Shown here: piece after piece, positions 54,101 to 64,000 of the stretch
Position numbering within the stretch: position 1 is the first letter of the stretch
Layout: every line of letters begins with the position of its first letter
NCBI GenBank assembly: GCA_052327205.1
Contig: CM126213.1
Span: forward strand, 68,014,001 to 68,078,000
DNA from: Somniosus microcephalus
Taxonomy: Eukaryota
Direction: 5' to 3'
DNA length: 64,000 bases
The notes under the pieces: model-generated
What the model saw: the letters and a program-made list of their open reading frames with translations, nothing else
Told to the model about the DNA's origin: nothing
Databases searched by the model: none
Made by a program: the position numbers and the translations under genes

Positions 54101-55543
54101 GAACAGGGAATACAGGATGTCCAAGAACTCGTTAAATTATTAAAGGAAACACAAAATAAATATGAAGCGGCAATGGCCGAGGTCCAACGACTTGAAGAAC
54201 AGATGCAACTGGAAATCTTTTCAGTGGAAGAAAAGGGAACTGTAAGAAACACAGAGACCGTAAGAATGGGCCATGAACATGAGCTTAAATCGTCAGAGGA
54301 GAAGGGTTTGGAGCTCTCAAAAGTTATTGAAATAGCCGAGGTTGCAACACAGACTGAGAAGATGGCAGCAGAGCAACCCTTAGATACCAAAAGTACGCTG
54401 ACTCATGTCAAGGTTGAACAACAGAACGCTGAAACAACTGCTCCGGTAGAGGAATTGAATAGTCCGATCAATCAATCTCCAAAGGAAGTTGAAGTATTAA
54501 AATCACAAATGAGGTCATTAGTAAACAACTTGCTGAAAGCCCAGAAAAAGTTAGAGGAAGCGGAACACGTGAAGAAGTCTCTTCAGGAAAGATGTCTGAA
54601 TTTGGAACAAAAGCTGGCTGACGTCCAGCTGGGTAGGGAGGACATAGAAGACCCTCTCGCTGGCCTAGCTCAGGACGACTCCGAATATTACTATGTCCTG
54701 TCCTGCCCAACTTGTAACTTCGACTCCCACCATACAGAAATCATGGAGGAGCACCGAAAGTCTACGGAACATCGGGAGAAGGTGGCTCTACTACGGAAAA
54801 AGGAGGAAGAGAAGGAGGAACTGCGCATGCAGCTGGCAGCTGACAGTGGAGCCCAGAGAGTCTCCAAGAAGCAGAAAAGGAAAAGTCGAAACAGAAGATG
54901 ACCCATCTGAACCATTATTACCTCTACCAGATCACACACGTGGTCCCTCCGAACGGAGCCAATTCAGTTCGGAAGTTCAAATTGTTAAACCCATGGAAGG
55001 ACTATTGAATGAGTCACTCCAGCAATGTGAACCGACTACACCACAGAGACTGAATCTATGAACTGTTTTCCACAGAGACTGAATCTGTGATCTGTTTTGA
55101 CATGAAGTTATATATGTTATTATGTTATGTTAAACATGAAGTTATATGACGTTGACTCCATCGAGAGTATATCTGTAAATTGTTATATGACGTTGACTCC
55201 ATCGAGAGTATATCTGCAAACTGTGTATATAAAATTGAAGATTGTATGTTTAACGGGATTCTGTAAGTAATAAGCTAGGAAGGGAGGAGTGTTGTGTATG
55301 TAACCGTTTACCTTTAAGGGAACTATAGAATGTGACCGTTCGCCTTTAAGAGCACTACTTTAGGGTGGCACTATTTATTGGCTCATGTATACTGTAATAC
55401 CGATAGTGACCACACCAGTATATAAGGGTTGTGATACGTTAACTAGATCAGAAATCGCCCAGACCACTGAATAGTAAAGACCTGTTTTGTTTGTACTTCT
55501 AAAGTCTCTAAAGTTATTTACTGCACAACCTACAGACTTTACA
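51130..55543 (+). mobile_element. Non-autonomous Gypsy-derived LTR element, copy 3 (no RT, RNase H or integrase)
   Basis: Identical 254-bp LTRs 51130-51383 and 55290-55543 (TG...CA); TSD CCACT; PBS TGGCGACGAG; PPT AGGAAGGGAGGAG. Confidence 0.95.
52196..54901 (+). CDS. Gag-protease fused to a long coiled coil (ANKRD24/RAI14/UACA-like segments), C2H2 zinc finger and basic tail; ~901 aa
   Basis: Uninterrupted ORF from the ATG homologous to the gag start of copies 1 and 2; CCHC x2, MDTGS, LLGREW, then E/Q/K/L-rich helical sequence, CPTC-x12-H-x5-H, SKKQKRKSRNRR. Confidence 0.85.
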   Translation: MPKRGNINDFNAEIEDWATYVERIEIYCVANEIEDDNKAITLLNSMGAKTYGLLKHLIAPVKPVDQTFEEIVTVLKDHLNPTPLMLAERFKFYARTQRQDESNAEYLVELRKLAKYCQFGGNLTEALRDKFVCGLAKEGTQKRLLEENDLTLDRAVLIASSHEAAAKGTAEMQLKAAALGVDQITASTPKCYRCGKTTHDQNQCWFKNQECRKCGKLGHIAKVCRSGKKTNKQRKPPPQGKYNKVHQVAEKSSDEQNSDSDPNSQELDSLRIHHVGKVTDLQLIWVTLKIAGVQVRMEMDTGSAVSVINQKDYHRLFSHIPLRNTKFILQTYTGHHVYPLGKIRVKVRDRGKEHPRMYLYVLPEGGPPLLGREWIKKIDMGWHYRQAMTSEDSVQTSSSDSEPEDDKSSLCMKNKINMNSRTKVGKSMACIKTENSESVQATDICITEEHRARTQRYVKVQRQLEQLSAHLLQEMEKVKKFWDTEWESLERQQRQLAQAESDHRAIVAKYQSHLPEAVQELEYTQNDPKEEESSGSQDGIPVHLYDLLQAECNELKEQYEQARTTILEGVNLATSEKLVLVKAYEQLKVEHERLKVDHKQELQSLQEMFDELQAKADSSLGIQSIGKKLVVEDIPEQGIQDVQELVKLLKETQNKYEAAMAEVQRLEEQMQLEIFSVEEKGTVRNTETVRMGHEHELKSSEEKGLELSKVIEIAEVATQTEKMAAEQPLDTKSTLTHVKVEQQNAETTAPVEELNSPINQSPKEVEVLKSQMRSLVNNLLKAQKKLEEAEHVKKSLQERCLNLEQKLADVQLGREDIEDPLAGLAQDDSEYYYVLSCPTCNFDSHHTEIMEEHRKSTEHREKVALLRKKEEEKEELRMQLAADSGAQRVSKKQKRKSRNRR

Positions 55544-58500
55544 CCACTCCTTTTGACTTTGGGTGATAGTGTAAAATGGGCACTCTCGACTCAGCCACCA
55601 TTTGGAAATGAAAATTGAAAGAACTGTATAAAGGATGGTATTGCCCGTTTTACACTATCACCCATCCACCCCCCCCCCCCACGCATTCTCGCCCCACCCC
55701 CGCGATCTCTCCCTACTGCCGCAATCTCTCCCTCCTCTCCACCTGGCTCCAAGCCCAACCCCACCACCGACCCCAAACTTCTCGATTGCCGGGGACCATC
55801 CCCAGCAGTCTCTGGCTGTTGCTTTGCAGTGCAAGCAGTCCCACCCGGCAGCTGGCCAGCCTCTCAGCTGCTGGGCTGGAAATGGAGTAAAACATTCTAA
55901 AATAGCAGGATCTCTGCCCTCCCGGTATAACAGGGCCGGGGTCTCCAAACCTGAAATAAACTCGTGAATGATTCGCATTGAGGTCCAATAATGGAGTATC
56001 AATGCCCCTTAACTTAATTTTTTAAGTTGTGTTTCAACAGAGCTATGGTGCAGTTGTTTGACTGTATAATTATTTTTAAAAATATTGTGATTATCACAAT
56101 GCCATAAAACATAGAACATTGTATGTTTATCTGGAATTTGAGCTTTGTTATCCAAGTTATCTTGGACTCTGATACTCACAGTCACCATTTGTTACAGTAC
56201 TGCCAAACACCTCTCCTGATATGAAGTTGAAAATTTTTCATAAACGTTACGTGAAGGTGAGGCAACTTCATATACTGTTTTAAATGAATTACAGTGTGTG
56301 GAGTCTTCAGTTTGGTGTCAGGCATACACATATGACCCAATGGCAACTGGAAAACACTTACATGTTCTTAATTCAAACCTAAACATCCATTATTTATATA
56401 GTACAATTATGAATCTGAGAAGCTAAAATGACAAACTGGGGGGAATTTTAACATCAAAGAGTGAGTGGGTTTGGGAGCGGGTGGATAGTAAAAAGCACTG
56501 AACTTGACAGCACATTGGGAAGCTGGCTCCAACCCCTTGACTTCCGCATTTCACTGGAGTGCATTCGGAACATGCGAGAAACCCCCTTGGGAGAGATGGG
56601 TTACCAATTGAAAGCAATTAAGAGGTCATTAAGAGGTTTTTTAACAGGGGTTTTCAACTCTCAATATGGGTCTATGGGTTTCCCGAGCTTCCTGGACTTT
56701 GCCAGTGAAACCAAGGCAAGAGCACAGCAGCAATTGAGGGGGCTGAAGAAATGACAGGCAAAAAGAGACCTCACACCTGCTTCCTTGCCGAAGTGAAACA
56801 TTTCTGCTCACAGCACTTGTATTGAGAGTTTGCTTTCAGTACTTCACAGGTGATTTCTACAACTTTGGAGGTGGATTCTATTACTTTGGAGGTGACTTTC
56901 AGTACATTGGAGGTCACTCTCACTACTTTGTTCCTTTGATCTCCACTTTAAATCTGTCATATGTCAGATCAGCATGGGTGTGCTTAAGTTGTTTCACCTA
57001 GGACCTCAGATGAGGACCAAGATGAGCACCAGCATCAACAGCAGGAGCAGCTGCTCACATTGCTGTCCGGGATGCCCAGGATGGACTCGTCATGGCAACA
57101 TTTAGTTAGGTTGCACCACTGTACCCATCTGGCAGCCACATGCTGAACACACTTGCCCCCCACCCCCCAGCAAAAAGCAATCCTGCAATCAACAAAGCAT
57201 CCCTTTCACAGACACCCATTGCCCAGATTTAAGTCTTGTCTTGCCATTCATCAGAACTGAGAAGACCAATTGGCAGGCTGCAGGCGGGTGGAAAGCGCAG
57301 GCAACTGGAAAGTGCAGGCAACTGGAAAGTGGTGTAAAAAAATCATTTTATATGTGAATCAAAACTTATACATTAACTTATTATTGTGACATGTCTAACA
57401 CACTCATGTGCATACCCTTGTGCAACTAATAATTTTTCATCTTCCTTTTCCTATAGCTCCTACAAACTGCAACCTCTGTGGCTTCAGCAGAGGTAGAGGC
57501 AGGCTGCTCACATCCCTGCTCTGACTGCTCAGATGCTCTTGGCCGACGACCTCTGGGTTTTGGAGCCCGTGAGGGCCCCGCCAAAGGCTGCTCCACATGT
57601 TCAGCTGTGCGAGTTTAAGAGAGGGCATTAGCTGGAGCATTGAGCTCCAAAATAGCAGCGCTGGCGTCAAATCAGCATTACACGTTGAGTGACGTCATGA
57701 TCTGCCTACTCTGCATACGTTCGGTGGAAGCTCACGCTGTGCGCGCTAACACCCTCACCAGGATGGCATCCGGCACAACTCATACGAGAAGTGTGTGCGC
57801 ACCCGCCAAGGACGCCACTTTGGATCCAAATGGCACTCGTAGAGCTGAAACAGCAGGCGCTAAGGAGCCGAATTTTGCGCCCATTGTAGCAACACCCCTC
57901 TCCCCGAGTGACTGTCTCTGAGCTGCTGAGTGTACAGGAGAGAATGAATGATGGGATGGATGAGTTGATGATAGTGCTGCCAGAGATACAGGGGAAATCA
58001 ATCTCTTGGTCAGGACTTGCACCCGCTGGAGGGAATAAACTATTCACTTGAGTCTGCGAGACCGGTATACTGTCTTATACAGCTAGTATGTTTGTTGTGT
58101 CTTATTTACCTTCTGAATTTCCATCCATTTTAAAATCCAATGGGTCTTATACATAGAGAAAAACTATAACTTCTATTATATTGATCTTTGACCACTGGCT
58201 TGTGCAGCGCTGGTCCCCTGCAGACGATGGTCAGATGGACAGTAAAACTGGCAGATTTTATTAGACAGTTGGCCAAGAAGACACATATTTTCCTTGATCT
58301 TAGTGCTTGTCACTGGCCTAACTGTGACCACACCACACCAGCGGCAGCGTGATCTCCATAAATTTGAAACACACGTCCCAACTTCCCCATCACATATATT
58401 TTAAACACATTAGCACATGGCTGCCTGTCGCCTGATGATGCCGTGACGTCATGGATGGCCGCGATTTTAACTCGGGCCAGGATCGGTGTGTGGTGGGAGG

Positions 58501-59105
58501 CAAGTGACAAGGCAAGTGACAAGCTCACATGCTGAGGCCTGGAAAGATTTCAGCTCCCGGGCCTCATTTACATTTGTAGGATCGGACTCTGCCCCCCCCA
58601 CCCCAAACCTGGCAGGAATCATTGCCTGGCCAGCGGGTAGGAGCTGGAATTCAGGCGACAGGAGGCCACTCCTAGGGACTCGCGGGAATGGTCTTCAGCA
58701 CAAGGTAAGTCCATCGGAGGGCGATGGGGAAGGGAATCCCCATCAAAGTGCAGGAGTGGGGTAAGCAGGGGTGGCCCAAGGCTTCCTTGTGGGGCCTGGA
58801 GTAGCACTTCTTTTCCTCCTGGCCCATAGTAAAATTCAACTTCTGTCTGGAATTGAGAAGCTTCCCATGCCTCAAATGGAAGTATTTAAGAAGAAATCTG
58901 GTTGCTGAGCTGAGCAAAATATATAAGATCATACGGCTCCTTCATTACACAGAAGCACACTGAGGTGTTCCAATTTCTAATGGTTAGGTCACGTCACAAG
59001 GAGATCTTAGAACTGGGGAGTACATTTGGATTTATGGTCAGTTCCATTTGATGGAATATTTTTCAAAAACATTTGAAAATCAGATGATTCGCATTGTCTT
59101 TTCAT

Positions 59106-59223
59106 CTCTAGAGCCTGTAAAACCAGACAGATGAGATCAATATGTAGTTCCTAGTAGCATAGCCTACAATGCTACTAGGAACTACATATTGATCTCATCT
59201 GTCTGGTTTTACAGGCTCTAGAG
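59106..59223. repeat. Perfect inverted repeat, 55-bp arms and 8-nt loop
   Basis: 59106-59160 is the exact reverse complement of 59169-59223. Confidence 0.95.
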
Positions 59224-59231
59224 TGGGATAT

Positions 59232-59592
59232 GGGCAGCACGGTGGCATAGTGGTTAGCGCTGTTGCCTCACAGCGCCAGGGACCCGAGTTCGAATCCAGC
59301 CTCGGGTGACTGTCTGTGTGGAGTTTGCACATTCTCCCCGTGTTTGCGTGGGTTTTCTCCGGGTGCTCCGGTTTCCTCCCACAGTCCAAAGATGTGCGGG
59401 TTAGGTTGATTGGCTATGATAAAAATTGACCCTTAGTGTTAGGGGGATTAAATACGTGGGGTTACGGGGATAGGGTGGGATATGTGTTGGTGTAGGGGTT
59501 ACGGGGATCGGGTGGGATATGTGTCGGTGCAGGCTCGATGGGCCGAAATGGCCTCTATCTGCACTGTGGGGTTTCTGTGATCTGATCTGTGA
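59232..59592 (+). mobile_element. HE1-like V-SINE
   Basis: Near-identical to 20833-21184. Confidence 0.85.
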
Positions 59593-60213
59593 ATGCAAAA
59601 CTTCATAAATTGGAACTAATTGGCAATCTGACTCAAGTGTAAATAGGGAATATTTATGTTAGAAGTAAAAAAATACAGTACAGCAGTGGGTGCTTTTCTG
59701 AAGTTCAGGTTATTGTGGGGCAAAGTAAAGGGGACTTTAGTCTGATGCTGACTGTGCTGTACCTGAAATAGGAGCACTTGCTGCAAATACTAGGTGACAA
59801 GAATGAAATACATGCTCCACTCTAGCACTGACATCTGTGACCTACTTCGGCAGCCCTGTGGTGCATGGATGTTAACAGTGGGTGTCCTTACATCAGATGA
59901 CAAAGCACTGCATCCAGTTCTCTGAAGGCCCTGTACAGACACTATCCACAACAGCTGTTGCCAGGTAGGTGCAACACCGACTCCAAATATGGTGGTGGCA
60001 TCTTGGAAGGTGCAGCCAATCAGTCTTTGTCGATTTTTCTGGATTTAATGCTCAAGTTTAAGAGTGCCTGAAAAATTGGTGTTATGCGCAGGATATGTGG
60101 CCGCTAACCCTTTCCCACTGTTCTGAGCCTGAATAGCACAGTCCCCAAATTTATTGTATTGTTTTTCAGGTGACTGCGCCCAAAGAGGGCACAGCAATGT
60201 AAATTACCAGCAT

Positions 60214-60843
60214 CTCAGACCGCGGGTGTTGGCGAGAGGCGCGAGCGGGAAGCTTAAAAAGGCTTCAGAGACCCAGGTAAGGCCTCAGACCGCGGGTGTC
60301 GGCGGGAGGTGCGAGCAGGAAGCTTAAAAAGGCTTCAAAGACCCAGGTAAGGCCTCAGACCGCGGGTATCAGTGGGAGGCGCGAGCGGGAAGCTTAAAAA
60401 TGCTTCAGAGACCCAGGTAAGGCCTCAGACCGCGGGTATCGGCGGGAGGCGCGAGCGGGAAGCTTAAAAAGGCTTCAGAGACCCAAGTAAGGCCTCAGAC
60501 TGCGGGTATCGGCGGGAGGCGCGAGCAGGAAGCTTAAAAAGGCTTCAGAGACCCAGGTAAGGCCTCAGACCGCGGGTATCGGCGGGAGGCGCAAGCGGGA
60601 AGCTTAAAAAGGCTTCAGAGACCCAGGTAAGGCCTCAGACCGCGGGTATCGGCGGGAGGCATGAGCGGGAAGCTTAAAAAGGCTTCAGAGACCCAGGTAA
60701 GGCCTCAGACCGTGGGTGTCAGCGGGAGGCGCGAGCGGGAAGCTTAAAATGGCTTCAGAGACCCAGGTAAGGCCTCAGACCGTGGGTGTCGGCGGGAGGC
60801 GCGAGCGGGAAGCTTAAAAAGGCTTCAGAGACCCAGGTAAGGT
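60214..60843 (+). repeat. Tandem array of nine 70-bp CpG-rich monomers at the 5' end of a CR1
   Basis: Unit CTCAGACCGCGGGTRTCGGCGGGAGGCGCGAGCGGGAAGCTTAAAAAGGCTTCAGAGACCCAGGTAAGGC at a 70-bp period. Confidence 0.92.
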
Positions 60844-61066
60844 GTACCAGTCTCCAGTCTCGGACCTCAGAGGGAAGGAGAGAGGTAAAAAGTAACCCAG
60901 GTGTGACGTCACCAGAAAACGGGTAAGTGATTGGTTGGTGAGTATTTCTCTCTTTTTTAAGCTTAAACTCTGTGGTTTATAGTTTCTAAGGTGCGATATT
61001 CATCATCTAGAATCGGGGCAGAGGGTATTTAAGAATAATATTAATAAATTTAATTAATTACATAGA

Positions 61067-62023
61067 ATGGGAGAACAGGTGATGTGTTGCTGCTGCAATA
61101 TGTGGGAGCTGGTGGACACCATTGATGCTCACAGTGATCACATTTGCAGTAAGTGTTGGCTGCTCGAGGAATTCCGGCTCCGTGTTGAAGAGCTGGAGTC
61201 CGAGCTTCAAACACTGAGACACATCAGGGAGGGGGAGAGTTACCTGGACTCTGTGTATCACGAGGTATTCACACCAATTAGATTAATTAATTCAGATGTA
61301 GTCCGTGGCCAGGGTCAGGATGGTGTGACTAGAAGTGAGGCAGGTACGGGGATCTAGGAGGTAGTGTTGGAGGAGCCGCAGCCCTTGCTCTTGTCCAACA
61401 GGTTTGAGGCTCTTACTCCCTGTGAGGATGGGAATGGGGACTGCGAGGAGGATGAGCAACCCGGCCACAGCACCGTGGAATGGGGGGCCATTCAAGTGGG
61501 GGGAGATAAAAGAAATGTTGTAGTGGTAGGGGATAGTTTCATTAGGGGTATAGATAGAGTTCTTTGCAGCCGAGAGCGAGAGTCCCGAAGGCTGTGTTGC
61601 CTGCCCGGTGCCAGGGTTAAGGACATCTCCTCTGGGCTGGAGAGAAACTTGGAGTGGGAGGGGGAGGATCCAGTTGTCGTGGTCCATGTTGGTACCAACG
61701 ACATAGATAGGACAAGGAAGGAGGTTCTGCTGAGGGAGTTTGAGCAGCTAGGGGCCAAATTAAAAAGCAGAACCACAAGGGTAATAATCTCTGGATTACT
61801 ACCTGAGCCACGTGCAAATTTGGCTAGGGTAAATAAAATTAGAGAGTTAAATGCGTGGCTCAAAGCCTGGTGTGGGAGAAATGGGTTTTGCTTCCTGGGA
61901 CACTGGCATCAGTACTGGGACAGGAGAGAGCTGTTCCGTTGGGATGGACTTCACTTGGCCAGTGCTGGGACTAGAGTCCTGGCGAATCGAATAACTAGGG
62001 CTGTAGAGAGGGCTTTAAACTAA
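61067..62023 (+). pseudogene. CR1 ORF1 (zinc finger/leucine zipper and SGNH esterase) with in-frame TAG at 61355-61357
   Basis: CCCC...CSKC, LRVEELESELQTL, VVVGDS, LPGA, HVGTND, DGLHL. Confidence 0.9.
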
Positions 62024-62061
62024 TTAGTGGGGGGGAGGTTTTAAGAGAGCGAAAAATAAAA

Positions 62062-64000
62062 ATGACAGCGGAGAAGGCAATAGAGCAAGGTAGCAGTGGG
62101 GGAATTAAAAACCAGAGCATGTCAGGAAGGGGCAGAATGTATAATGATAAAGGTAAAGTAGTAAAAGGGGTAAAAGCAGGAATAAATTGTCAGAAAACAT
62201 ATTTGAAAGTTCTTTATCTGAATGCACGCAGCATTCGTAACAAAATTGACGAGTTGACGGTACAAATAACTACACATGGTATGATCTGGTGGCCATTACA
62301 GAAACATGGCTGCAAGATAATCATGACTGGGAACTAAACATACAAGGGTATTTGACAATTAGGAAGGACAGACAGGAAGGAAAGGGAGGTGGGGTTGCTA
62401 TGTTAATCAAGGATGGAATCACTGCAATAGTCAGAAATGATATTGGGTCAAAGGATCAGGATAGTGAAATAGTTTGGGTGGAGATAAGGAATAAGAAGGG
62501 GAAAAAGTCACTAGTGGGTGTAGTCTATAGGCCTCCTAACAGTTGCAACTCCGTTGGTCGGAGTATAAATCAGGAAATAGTTGGGGCTTGTAATAAGGGA
62601 ACAGCTATAATCATGGGGGATTTTAACTTTCATATTGACTGGACTAATCAAATTGGGCATGGCAACCTTGAGGAAGAGTTCATATAGTGTATTAGGAACG
62701 GGTTCCTTGAGCAGTATGTAACTGAACCAACCAGGGGACAGGCAATCTTAGATCTGGTCCTGTGTAATGAGACAGGATTAATAAAAAATGTCCTAGTAAA
62801 GGATCCCCTTGGAATGAGTGACCATAATATGGTTGAATTCCAAATTCAGTTTGAGGGTGAGAGAGTTGGATCTCAAACCAGCATACTGAGCTTAAATAAA
62901 GGAGACTATGAAGGTATGAGTAGAATTGACTAAAGTGGACTGGGAAAACAGATTAAAGTGTAAGACGGTACAAGAGCAGTGGTCTACATTCAAGGAGATA
63001 TTTCACATCTTTCAAGATAAATATATTCCACTGAGGAAAAAGGGGAGTAAAAGAAAAGACAGCTATCCGTGGCTTAGTAAAGTAATAAAGGATAGTATCC
63101 GACTAAAAACAAGGGCATATAAGGTAGCCAAATCTAGTGGGAGGATAGAAGATTGGGAAGCATTTAAAAGCCAGCAAACAATAACTAAAAGATTAATTAA
63201 GAAAGGGAAGATAGATTATGAAAGTAAACTAGCAAAAAATATAAAAACAGATAGCAAGAGTTTCTACAACTATATAAAAAGAAAAAGGGTGGCTAAAGTG
63301 AACGTTGGTCCCTTAGAGGATGGGACTGGGAAACTAGTGGTGGGGAACATGGAGATGGCAAAGACGCTGAACAAATATTTTGTATCAGTCTTTACAGTAG
63401 AGGACACTAAAAATATCCCAACACGGGACAAACAGGGGGCAAGGGGGGTGGGGGGGGGGAGAGAAGTGGCGGTAGGGATTGTGGATGCATTGGTGATTAT
63501 TTTCCAGAACTCCCTGGACTCAGGAAAGGTCCCGGCAGATTGGAAAACTGCTAATGTAACACCCTTATTTAAGAAGGGAAGTAGACAAAAAGCTGGAAAC
63601 TATAGACCAGTTAGCCTAACATCTGTGGTTGGCAAAATGTTGGAGTCCATTATTAAGGAAACAGTAACAGAGCACTTGGATAAACATAATTTAATAGGAC
63701 AGAGTCAGCATGGTTTTATGAAGGGGAAGTCATGTTTGACAAATTTGCTCGAATTCTTTGAGGACGTAACATACAGGGTGGATAAAGGGGAACCAGTGGA
63801 TGTAGTGTATTTGGACTTCCAAAAGGCATTTGACAAGGTTCCACACAAAAGATTACTGATCAAGATAAGAAATCACGGGATTGGGGGTAATATACTGGCA
63901 TGGGTGGAAGATTGGCTATCTAACAGAAAACAAAGAGTTGGGATAAATGGTTCATTCTCGGGCTGGCAATCAGTAACTAGTGGTGTTCCGCAGGGGTCAG
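62062..64000 (+). pseudogene. CR1 ORF2 (APE endonuclease and RT), frameshifted, with stops and an internal deletion
   Basis: YLNARSIRNK, ITETWL, VYRPP, MGDFN; downstream NYRPVSLTS, YLDFQKAFDKVPH, SGVPQGS. Confidence 0.88.

Larger units (their letters stand above)
60214..64000 (+). mobile_element. 5'-complete CR1 LINE running off the window end
   Basis: Repeat-headed 5' UTR, ORF1, then ORF2 endonuclease and RT in order. Confidence 0.88.

Noticed and set aside
52196-54901. Domesticated host Gag gene (Arc/PNMA/RTL type) or env-bearing element
   Set aside because: Identical LTRs and a TSD indicate recent transposition rather than old domestication; the cargo has no signal peptide or transmembrane segment
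55560-58830. Possible degraded Harbinger-like fragments (e.g. GGGGGAATTTTA at about 56440, GAATTTTGCGCCC at about 57870)
   Set aside because: No convincing paired TIRs, TSDs or transposase motifs could be delimited by eye
60214-60843. Regular repeat array as a possible CRISPR
   Set aside because: Units are contiguous 70-bp tandem copies with no unique spacers, there are no cas genes, and the context is eukaryotic

Overview
Repeat-rich vertebrate genomic DNA, most likely from a cartilaginous fish: it carries HE1-like V-SINEs, SacSINE1-like DeuSINEs, CR1 and L2 LINEs, and Penelope-like remnants. The only host gene recognised is the first coding exon of CDC42BPB (MRCK-beta) on the minus strand (25968-26142), with a CpG-rich promoter at about 26.4-26.9 kb; positions 1-25967 are probably its intron 1. 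Upstream lie a solo LTR and three related Ty3/Gypsy LTR elements, each with a 5-bp target-site duplication (TSD) and a tRNA-Ser-type primer-binding site (PBS). Two are full gag-pol elements now disabled: 32899-39551 (minus, with nested CR1s) and 44825-49940 (plus). The third (51130-55543) is the most unusual feature. It has identical 254-bp LTRs and one intact ~901-aa ORF in which Gag and protease are fused, in place of RT/RNaseH/integrase, to a ~520-aa coiled coil resembling host ANKRD24/RAI14/UACA, followed by a C2H2 zinc finger and a basic tail. Also present are Harbinger-like MITEs with 3-bp TSDs, a hammerhead-containing Penelope palindrome, a 55-bp perfect hairpin, and a 5'-complete CR1 headed by nine 70-bp monomers. 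Family assignments come from motif recognition and recalled sequences; no database search was run.
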